Assembly: GCA_037445735.1 (NCBI GenBank)
Contig: JBBIJY010000038.1
Location: 1 to 18,099 of the forward strand
Length of the DNA: 18,099 bases
Direction: 5' to 3'
Source of the DNA: Armatimonadota bacterium
Lineage (GTDB): Bacteria > Armatimonadota > Fimbriimonadia > Fimbriimonadales > GBS-DC
The notes under the pieces were generated by a model. It did no database searches. It was not told the origin of the DNA and was given only the letters and a program-made list of their open reading frames with translations. Made by a program: the position numbers and the translations under genes. Position 1 is the stretch's first letter. Each line of letters starts with the position of its first letter. Shown here one piece after another: positions 1 through 6,800 of the stretch.

Positions 1-1
1 G

Positions 2-433
2 CCTATTCAGGCGGGCGATGTGCTGATTGTGCATTCGGTGTCGGGTCGCAACGCCGCGCCTGTCGAGGTCGCGCTTTATGGCAGGGAGCGCGGCGCAAAG
101 GTGATTGCGCTCACCTCGCTCGACTACTCGCAAGCGGTCAGCCCGCGCTCGCAAACGGGCAAACGGCTGTTTGAGATCGCCGATCTGGTGATTGACAACG
201 GTGCGCCGCGCGGTGATGCAGTGGTGCAGCTGCCTGGCTTTCCCCAGCCCGTGTCGCCTGTGTCCACCGTGCTGGGCGCAGCGATTCTGAACGCGATTGT
301 GGCGGAGGCGTGCGCCATCCTGCTGGAGCGTGGCATCCAGCCACCCGTGTTCATGTCAGCGAATCTGGAGGGCGGCGACGCGCATAACGCCCGCCTGATG
401 AGCCGCTACCGCGGGCGCGTGCTATACCTGTAA
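2..433 (+). CDS. SIS (sugar isomerase) domain protein, 5' truncated by window edge
   Basis: Frame open from base 2 (PIQAGDVLIVHSVSGRN..). SIS motifs GDVLIVHSVSGRN, GAKVIALTS, ADLVIDNG and C-terminal PPVFMSAN. Confidence 0.85.
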   Translation, partial: PIQAGDVLIVHSVSGRNAAPVEVALYGRERGAKVIALTSLDYSQAVSPRSQTGKRLFEIADLVIDNGAPRGDAVVQLPGFPQPVSPVSTVLGAAILNAIVAEACAILLERGIQPPVFMSANLEGGDAHNARLMSRYRGRVLYL

Positions 434-448
434 GGGGGTCAAAACACG

Positions 449-682
449 ATGCGCATCCGTCCACCCCGCCATATCGTCTGGAGTACCGACACCATCGATC
501 TGGACAGCCCGTTCCAGCGACGCTGGTACATTCGTCAGGTGCTGCTGTACGGGCGCGAAGAGGATATTCGTCAGCTCGACCTGAAAGAGGTTGCCGCCCT
601 GCTGGACGAACTGAACCTGCCCGAACACCTCTATCGCCTCTGGAAACGCTATCTGACGGAGATCGGCTATGTTGAAGGGTAA
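449..682 (+). CDS. Small putative antitoxin (DUF6922-like), 77 aa
   Basis: Pattern W..D..DLD....WYIRQVLLYG..EDI; overlaps the downstream nucleotidyltransferase by 14 nt; purine-rich AAGGGGG upstream. Confidence 0.65.
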   Translation: MRIRPPRHIVWSTDTIDLDSPFQRRWYIRQVLLYGREEDIRQLDLKEVAALLDELNLPEHLYRLWKRYLTEIGYVEG

Positions 683-1355
683 CGGGTTATTATCCGAAGG
701 GCAAAAAGCGTTCCTGCGCTTCTTTGCGGAGCTGCCCGACCAGGAACAGTTCTATCTGACAGGCGGCACTGCACTGGCAGAGTTCTACCTTGCCCACCGC
801 TACTCCTATGATCTTGACCTGTTCACCACTGAAGAGGGGCTGCTAACTCCCTTTTGCCAGCTGCTGGAGCGTCGCGCCCGCCGCAAGCGGCTCGACCTGA
901 GAGTGGTCCGACGCTTTACAACCTTCACCGAGTACACCATGCAGGTGGGTGAGGAGAGTGTGCGTATCCAGATGGCTATCGACAGCCCTTTCCGCTTCAA
1001 CAGCCCTGTTCCCACCGAGTACGGGGTACAGGTGAACGACTGGGACGACCTCAAGGTCGATAAACTGCTCGCCTTTTATGGGCGCGCAGAGCCGCGCGAT
1101 GCAGTCGACCTGTATTTTATCCTGGAGCGAGAGCCGCTGGAGCCGCTGATGGCGCTGGCATCCCGGAAAGACCCGGGCTTCGATCGCTACTGGTTCGCCG
1201 CCGCCTGCCAGCGGGTGCAGACCTTTTCGGATGACCTGAGCGACTGGCCAGTGCAGATGCTGATAACCGTCAGTCCCGTTTTAATCAAGCAGCGCTTTGA
1301 AGAGATAGCCGTTACCCTGATGCGCCATATCAGCCCCCAGCAGGGTCATGGATAG
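669..1355 (+). CDS. AbiEii/AbiGii-family nucleotidyltransferase toxin
   Basis: FYLTGGTAL..YLAHRYSYDLDLF and DKLLAF..RAEPRDAVDLY motifs characteristic of AbiEii-type NTases. Confidence 0.88.
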   Translation: MLKGNGLLSEGQKAFLRFFAELPDQEQFYLTGGTALAEFYLAHRYSYDLDLFTTEEGLLTPFCQLLERRARRKRLDLRVVRRFTTFTEYTMQVGEESVRIQMAIDSPFRFNSPVPTEYGVQVNDWDDLKVDKLLAFYGRAEPRDAVDLYFILEREPLEPLMALASRKDPGFDRYWFAAACQRVQTFSDDLSDWPVQMLITVSPVLIKQRFEEIAVTLMRHISPQQGHG

Positions 1356-1395
1356 GCTTCACCGAGGGATAGTGAGAAGAAGCAGGAGGTAGGGG

Positions 1396-1442
1396 CTTCC
1401 CCCTCTCCCCAAGCCTGGGGAGAGGGGGAAGGGGGTGAGGGC
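1396..1442. repeat. REP-like palindromic element (CCCTCACCCC..CCCTCTCCC..GGGAGAGGG type); may also act as terminator between convergent genes
   Basis: Perfect 16-bp inverted repeat cttccccctctcccca (1396-1411) / tggggagagggggaag (1416-1431), 4-nt loop, followed by ggggtgagggc tail. Confidence 0.75.
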
Positions 1443-1445
1443 AAC

Positions 1446-1790
1446 CTAACAGCCCTCCCCGAAGGCGGACAGCACCATCATCAGGTCGGCGTCGTCCACC
1501 ACACCATCGCAGTTCACATCGGCAATGCGATTGGACAACGCATACAGGGTGGCGATGAGCTGCACCGGGTTGCCCGCGCATGGGTTGGGCTGTACGACCT
1601 GCACCGTCAGCACCGTTGGGCGCTGCACGGTGAAGGTAAAGATGCTGGTGCCTTTAGTGGTGTCAGCGTCGGGTGGTAATCGCCCCCCTGCATCCACATG
1701 GAAAGTGAAGGTCTGACTCCAGCTGACGCCCAGCAGGGCAATCAGCATCACGCCATATCCGATTCTCTGCATCCGATTGAACACATTCAT
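1446..1790 (-). CDS. Small secreted protein with C-terminal dockerin-like Ca-binding motif
   Basis: SD GAGAGGTG upstream of ATG; signal-peptide-like N-terminus (..GVMLIALLGVSWSQ); C-terminus IADVNCDGVVDDADLMMVLSAFG. Confidence 0.75.
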   Translation of the reverse strand: MNVFNRMQRIGYGVMLIALLGVSWSQTFTFHVDAGGRLPPDADTTKGTSIFTFTVQRPTVLTVQVVQPNPCAGNPVQLIATLYALSNRIADVNCDGVVDDADLMMVLSAFGEGC

Positions 1791-1824
1791 GGTTTATCAC
1801 CTCTCTTGGTTCAGCAGGGTGGCT

Positions 1825-2100
1825 TCACCACTGTCACGCAAAAGCGTTGATGGCACCGCCAGGAAGAGTGATGGTGAAGGGAGAACGCTCACTGACATCC
1901 CGAAAGTCCCGTTTGAGAAAGTCCACTGCTGCACCACCCCATTGCCCTGGGTGGCTAAAAGCCAGTTCACTGCCGTCAGGCGACCAGTGGAGCCAAGTAT
2001 AATAATTGCTGCCCACCGATTGATCCCAAGCAAGGATGAAAGAATGGCTGCTATCATAGTAACCAGTTCTTAGAGATGATCCAAGAAAGTGAATGGGCAA
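1825..2100 (-). pseudogene. Remnant of WD40/TolB-like beta-propeller protein C-terminus
   Basis: LHWSPDGSELAFS motif; ends INAFA*QW* where TGA (1834-1836) plausibly replaces TGG; no convincing start; 5' side abuts the palindrome at 2116-2162. Confidence 0.5.
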
Positions 2101-2115
2101 AGACCAACCAGCATT

Positions 2116-2162
2116 CCCTCCTGCAGGTTCCCCTCGCGAAGTGTGGGGAACCCGCAGGAGGG
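2116..2162. repeat. Second REP-like palindrome (GGTTCCCC..GGGGAACC core)
   Basis: Arms ccctcctgcaggttcccc (2116-2133) and ggggaacccgcaggaggg (2145-2162), 17/18 complementary, 11-nt spacer, intergenic. Confidence 0.7.
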
Positions 2163-2221
2163 GGCGCGACGGCTTCCTTCAATCTGCCAGCCCCAATCGC
2201 TGAGGTATACTCCGGCTACCG

Positions 2222-2635
2222 ATGGACGGCGAGCTGGTGTGGAAGGGCAATATGCTGTTTGAGGGCGTGGCGACATCGGGGCACACCATTCTGTTCGATG
2301 CGTCGCCCGAAAGCGGCGGGAACGATGTGGCAGCCCGCCCGATGGAGCATCTGCTGCTGGCGGTCGCCGCCTGTACCGCCTTCGATGTGGTTGCCATCCT
2401 GCGCAGGATGAAGCAGGAGTTGACCGACTATCGGGTGCGCATCCACGCTGAGCGCCGCGCTGAGCATCCGCGCCACTTCACCGAGGTGGTCATCACACAT
2501 ATCCTGAAGGGCAATAACTTAGACCCTCAGGCGGTGGCGCGCGCGGTTCGGCTCTCCGACGAGAAATACTGTTCGGCGTCGGCAACCCTGCGCGTGCCCG
2601 TGTCGGTGCGTTCCGAGTTCCAGATTGAGGGGTAG
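2222..2635 (+). CDS. OsmC/YhfA-family protein
   Basis: RPMEHLLLAVAACTAFDV and LSDEKYCSAS motifs with both conserved cysteines. Confidence 0.92.
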   Translation: MDGELVWKGNMLFEGVATSGHTILFDASPESGGNDVAARPMEHLLLAVAACTAFDVVAILRRMKQELTDYRVRIHAERRAEHPRHFTEVVITHILKGNNLDPQAVARAVRLSDEKYCSASATLRVPVSVRSEFQIEG

Positions 2636-2639
2636 GGAG

Positions 2640-3323
2640 ATGGTTCGCTCCGACGACTGGCTCTATCGGGCGGGCTGGGTGCTGGTGCGCGGGCTGGCAC
2701 GCCTGCTCTTTCGGCTGGAGGTGTATGGGGCGGAGCGGGTGCCGCTGACGGGCGCGCTGGTGGTCGCTTCCAATCATCTCAGCACGCTCGATCCCCCGCT
2801 GATTGGCTGCGCCTGCCCGCGTGAACTGCGCTATGTGGCAAAGGCGGAGCTGTTCCGAATCCCCGTGTTGAGTGCGCTGTTTCGGCGGCTGGGCGGTTTC
2901 CCTGTGGAGCGCGGTACGGCGGACATCGGCGCGATTCGCACCGCGCTGAACCACCTGCGCGAGGGGCGCGCCGTGTTGATTTTCATCGAGGGCACGCGCG
3001 GCACGGGCGAGTGCCTCCTCCCACCAACGCCCGGCGCAACCCTGCTGGCGCGTCAATCGGGCGCGCCCGTGCTGCCCACCGCCATTATCGGCACCGAACG
3101 CGCCATGCCAAGAGGCGCCCGAATGTTCCGCCCTGCTAAAGTGAAAGTCGCTTTTGGGGAGCCGGTCTCCTATGCCCGGATGTTCGGAACCCGCACCGAC
3201 CGCGAGGCGCGCGACGCTTTCACCGACCATCTGATGGAGCAGATTGCAGGGCTACTGCGCGAGATGGGTCATCCCCTGCCGCGAGCGTATATACGCCCGA
3301 AGATGCCAGCGGAACGGGCATAA
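2640..3323 (+). CDS. plsC: 1-acyl-sn-glycerol-3-phosphate acyltransferase (lysophospholipid acyltransferase family)
   Basis: NHLSTLDP (HX4D), AKAELF, FPVERG and IFIEGTRG motifs; ATG at 2640, 4 nt after the OsmC-family stop. Confidence 0.88.
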   Translation: MVRSDDWLYRAGWVLVRGLARLLFRLEVYGAERVPLTGALVVASNHLSTLDPPLIGCACPRELRYVAKAELFRIPVLSALFRRLGGFPVERGTADIGAIRTALNHLREGRAVLIFIEGTRGTGECLLPPTPGATLLARQSGAPVLPTAIIGTERAMPRGARMFRPAKVKVAFGEPVSYARMFGTRTDREARDAFTDHLMEQIAGLLREMGHPLPRAYIRPKMPAERA

Positions 3324-4632
3324 ACCCGCTCCGATCCAGCTCCATCTGATAGAGGCGCGTCTGAACCAGCAGGTACGCCCGCTTCAGCGAGCGCAGGTCG
3401 CGCACGGGCAGCCAGAAGGTGAGATGGGCGCCATGCGCCTGCACCGCCCCTTCAAAAAGCCGTCGGCGTTCAGGGCGATAGAGCCATGTGAACGCCTGCC
3501 AGCGCGCCTCGCGGGTGACGCCAACCAGCGTGATCTGGAGCTGAATCGGTGCGGTCAGCGGCTGGCGCGTCCACACCTGCAGGTGCAGACCCGCATCGCT
3601 CGCCTGCACCGCCACCCGCTGCAGGTCTGCCCCCGGACGCAGATGGAGCACCGGGTTATCGTCAATCGGGTTCGGCTCCAGCACGCCTGCTGGCAGAAAC
3701 AGCTCACTGGTGCGCAGGAAACTGTTCAGGAATCGCCCCATCAGGGCATACTGTGATTCGTGCGCTCGCAGCGCCGCCTGCTTGCGCCTGAACAGCTCGC
3801 CATCCAGTTTCAGCTGAAGCCAGGGCACCTGCTCCAGCCCGCGCGGGGGCGCAAGGGCACGGCGGGGATGATAGCCCTGCGGCAGGGGCCAGTCGCCCCG
3901 ATGCACCAGATAGTAGAACAGCCCCGGCTGCACGAGCAGGTCGCCGCGCTCCCACGCCTGTGCAACCGCCTCCCACACATAAAGTGGCGCCGCCAGATGG
4001 TCAGGATGGTCGTCCAGCGGATGGGTCACGAAGATATGGGTCGGCTGAAAATCGGTGATGGCACGGCGCAGGTCGGCAATTAGCGCGTCGGCGGTGCAGG
4101 GCGCACCGGGGCGCAGCGCCTGCGGATAGGGCACGCGATCACAGTGGGTGGCAGGCGAGCGAAGCGGGTCGGAACCCGCCAGCGCCATCGCCCAGAGCTG
4201 GCGGTCAGGATAGCCCAGAAAAACCAGCGCGTCCGGGGTCAGCCCCAGCCGCTGCGCCGAGCGCCGAGCTTCCTCGATGCGCAGATTGCCCAGCGCCAGA
4301 AAGTCATCCGGGGTCGGCGTGCGACGCGCCAGCAGGGTCGCGGCACCCGCATAGCCGTCGCCGCAGGTGAGATACACCACCCGCACGGGCACGCCCATCC
4401 GCACCGCCGCCGCTATCACGCCGCCGCAACCCAGCACCTCGTCATCCGGATGCGGCGCCACAACCAGAACGCGCTGCGACGGCTGCGGCACAGGCAGGGG
4501 CTGCCAGCGCTCAATCTGCTGGGGGAGGCTGGCACGGTGCAGACCCAGCACAAACAGCAGACAGCTCATCCCCACATAGGAGCCGAGCAATCCGCCGAGC
4601 GTCAGTACCCCACGCCAGAGCCATCGCCTCAA
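3220..4632 (-). CDS. PIG-L/LmbE-family Zn-dependent N-deacetylase with N-terminal membrane anchor and C-terminal beta-rich domain
   Basis: VVAPHPDDEVLG, TCGDG, FLGYPD and HPLDDHPDH motifs; probable TTG start at 4632 after GGGGAG; the longer ORF call runs into the tRNA. Confidence 0.88.
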   Translation of the reverse strand: MRRWLWRGVLTLGGLLGSYVGMSCLLFVLGLHRASLPQQIERWQPLPVPQPSQRVLVVAPHPDDEVLGCGGVIAAAVRMGVPVRVVYLTCGDGYAGAATLLARRTPTPDDFLALGNLRIEEARRSAQRLGLTPDALVFLGYPDRQLWAMALAGSDPLRSPATHCDRVPYPQALRPGAPCTADALIADLRRAITDFQPTHIFVTHPLDDHPDHLAAPLYVWEAVAQAWERGDLLVQPGLFYYLVHRGDWPLPQGYHPRRALAPPRGLEQVPWLQLKLDGELFRRKQAALRAHESQYALMGRFLNSFLRTSELFLPAGVLEPNPIDDNPVLHLRPGADLQRVAVQASDAGLHLQVWTRQPLTAPIQLQITLVGVTREARWQAFTWLYRPERRRLFEGAVQAHGAHLTFWLPVRDLRSLKRAYLLVQTRLYQMELDRSGFMPVPLASSGVYTLAAGDDPSRAVALQSAPSDGR

Positions 4633-4661
4633 CGCTTCTCCCCGACCTCCTGCTAACAGAA

Positions 4662-4753
4662 TGGCGGAGCGGGTGGGATTCGAACCCACGAGCCCCCTTT
4701 CGGAGGCTACACGATTTCCAGTCGTGTCCCTTCAGCCACTCGGGCACCGCTCC
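4662..4753 (-). tRNA. tRNA-Ser (anticodon GGA)
   Basis: GGAGCGG/CCGCTCC acceptor stem, discriminator G, encoded CCA, anticodon arm CACGA-CTGGAAA-TCGTG, long variable arm, GGTTCGAATCC T-arm. Confidence 0.97.
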
Positions 4754-4766
4754 GCTGACCGACTCT

Positions 4767-4772
4767 ATTTTA
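4767..4772 (-). promoter_or_regulatory. Putative -10 element (TAAAAT) for tRNA-Ser
   Basis: TAAAAT 13 nt upstream of the tRNA 5' end within a GC-rich context. Confidence 0.55.
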
Positions 4773-4825
4773 CCCTGTAATCCTGACGGTTTCACGCCAT
4801 CAGGCGCATTTCGAATGCCCACATG

Positions 4826-4834
4826 TGCTATAAT
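4826..4834 (+). promoter_or_regulatory. Extended -10 promoter (TGcTATAAT)
   Basis: Perfect TGnTATAAT upstream of SD GGAGAGGAG and ATG 4859. Confidence 0.7.
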
Positions 4835-4858
4835 AGAGCGATGGAGAGGAGAGTCGGT

Positions 4859-6751
4859 ATGAGGCGCTTATGGGTGTTCGGATGGCTCGTGCTGCTGTGC
4901 GGCGCGGTGTTCGCTCAGGAGCCGCCCCTGATCAACTATGCTGCCGGGGTTGGCGAGTTTGAGAGCGATGAGCTGCCGCCAGGCTTCGGCTTGCAATTTG
5001 GTGACGGCATCTCCGATGATGTCGATGTGTATTACAGCTCAGGTGCGAACCAATTTTTTAACTTTGCAATTGACACCGATGAGAAGATAAGTGGCGCTGG
5101 TAGCCAGCGCATCACCTTCTCTCGAACGGGCAGCGGCAGCGCAACCGCCACGCTGAGCGTGCCCCTCTACTTCCCCTCCGAAGACTATCCGCAGGTGGGT
5201 GAAACCATTCGCATCCGCTTCTGGTTCAAAACCGCCAGCTGGACCAACGCGCGCCTGCGCCTTCTGGCGCGGGGTCTGGACGGGCAGTCGCCCACCACCG
5301 AACTCATCTCCCGAACCGACCCAGCCCCCACATGGACTCGGCTGGAAGCCACCTATGTCGTGCCCAGCTCCAACCCACAGGGGGTCGACATTCGCCTGGA
5401 AATTGCTCTCCTGGATGGCACTTCGACAGGCACCCTCTGGCTCGATAATCTGGAGGTGTACGGCAGCAAGCGCTGGCGCACCCGCCCGCCGCGCTCCTTC
5501 AAAATCTTCACTTACTACAATCCCTTCGCGCCCGACGCGCGCGCCGACTGGATTTACTACGCACGCGAGTTCGATATGGTGGGCGTGTTTTTTGGAACCG
5601 TCGAACTCCGACGCATGTTGACCTATCGACCCGATCTCAAAACAACCACCTACTATCTTGGCTTTGTGAGTGAGAACGCCAGCGGAACGGAGACCGTCAT
5701 CCGCGATCCATTCGATTATCATTATTGCAATCAGTATCATCCCGAATGGTTCCTGCTGAATCTTTCCGGTCAGCGCCTGCGTTATGCTACAGAAAGCTAT
5801 TTTATGGATGTGGGAAACCCTGACTGCGCACGCCATGCTGCACGGCGAATCTATGCGCGCATGGCTAAATCGAACTTTGCGTTCTATTCACTTAAGATGG
5901 ATCTGTTCATCAGTTTCATCTCGAGTATGGTAGGTTGCGCCCGATATCCCACCCGCGCCAGCCGCGTTGCAGCAGCGACCAAATATTTCATGACGCTCAA
6001 GCGAGAGTTACAGGACTTCGGTCCACCAATGCTGATTTGTAATGTAGCAGGGAGAACCTTTTCGCGCGACTGGATTCACACCTACCTTATTCGCCAGGGA
6101 CTTTATGATGGCATTCTGTATGAGGAAGCATTCACACGGATATTTAGCTCTCCTGCCGACTATGTTGCCTTCACCTATTGGGAAGCTGCTCTTAACACTC
6201 TGGTTGAGTATAGTAACATAATCCGTATCTATTATTCAGGGTACACACTCAATCCAGCACGGATGCGGCCGATGAAGCTTTATGCGATGGCGAGCTTCCT
6301 GCTCGGCTGCAACGACCTTGCCTTCATCTATCTCGACAAACACTATTACGAAGGTCAGCCATTTGGTCGTCAGCGCGTGTGGCGTCCCGACGCCGATTAC
6401 GATGTGCCGCTGGGACAACCAACAGGACCCTATGAAGTCTATTTCCGCAGCAGTGATTACCAGGGCGGGTTGTACCTTCGCCGCTTCCAGAACGGCTTTG
6501 TGCTGGTCAATCCGACGGGCAATATCTCACCCTACTGGAAGGACGGTGCGGTGTTCACATGGGTGCTGGATGACACTTACTATGAGTGGGTTACGCAGCA
6601 GACCTATCCGGCTGGCACGCGCATCAAACTCTATCCCAAGCAGGCGCGAATGTTCATTCGACAGCAGGGGCTGACAGCCCCGCCAGGTGACGGGCAGGGT
6701 GCCCCACCACCTGCCAAAAAGCCTCAACCAGCACCCGGTCTGTCAAAATAA
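4859..6751 (+). CDS. Secreted putative glycoside hydrolase (GHL15/PF14885-like) with N-terminal CBM-like jelly-roll domain and Pro/Lys-rich tail
   Basis: Signal peptide ending AVFA-Q; CBM-like segment (SGAGSQRI..WTRLEATYVVP..GTLWLDNLEV); HPEWFL..SGQRL..YFMDVGNP; YDVPLGQPTG..YLRRFQNGFVLVNPT. Confidence 0.72.
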   Translation: MRRLWVFGWLVLLCGAVFAQEPPLINYAAGVGEFESDELPPGFGLQFGDGISDDVDVYYSSGANQFFNFAIDTDEKISGAGSQRITFSRTGSGSATATLSVPLYFPSEDYPQVGETIRIRFWFKTASWTNARLRLLARGLDGQSPTTELISRTDPAPTWTRLEATYVVPSSNPQGVDIRLEIALLDGTSTGTLWLDNLEVYGSKRWRTRPPRSFKIFTYYNPFAPDARADWIYYAREFDMVGVFFGTVELRRMLTYRPDLKTTTYYLGFVSENASGTETVIRDPFDYHYCNQYHPEWFLLNLSGQRLRYATESYFMDVGNPDCARHAARRIYARMAKSNFAFYSLKMDLFISFISSMVGCARYPTRASRVAAATKYFMTLKRELQDFGPPMLICNVAGRTFSRDWIHTYLIRQGLYDGILYEEAFTRIFSSPADYVAFTYWEAALNTLVEYSNIIRIYYSGYTLNPARMRPMKLYAMASFLLGCNDLAFIYLDKHYYEGQPFGRQRVWRPDADYDVPLGQPTGPYEVYFRSSDYQGGLYLRRFQNGFVLVNPTGNISPYWKDGAVFTWVLDDTYYEWVTQQTYPAGTRIKLYPKQARMFIRQQGLTAPPGDGQGAPPPAKKPQPAPGLSK

Positions 6752-6759
6752 GCGATCAG

Positions 6760-6800
6760 GAGCGGGGATGAGCGGTGCGCTGCTCAGCCCCGTTCATTTT
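6760..6800 (+). terminator. Intrinsic terminator between convergent genes, possibly bidirectional
   Basis: Stem gagcggggatgagcgg / ctgctcagccccgttc (G-U pairs, one mismatch) followed by atttt. Confidence 0.6.

Noticed and set aside
1834..1836. TGA as recoded Trp or Sec
   Set aside because: TGA terminates many genes here and TGG encodes Trp throughout; a nonsense mutation or true stop is simpler.
2729..2741. 13-bp match (ggcggagcgggtg) to the tRNA-Ser 3' end as a possible att site
   Set aside because: Lies inside intact plsC coding sequence, is short and GC-rich, and no integrase is present.
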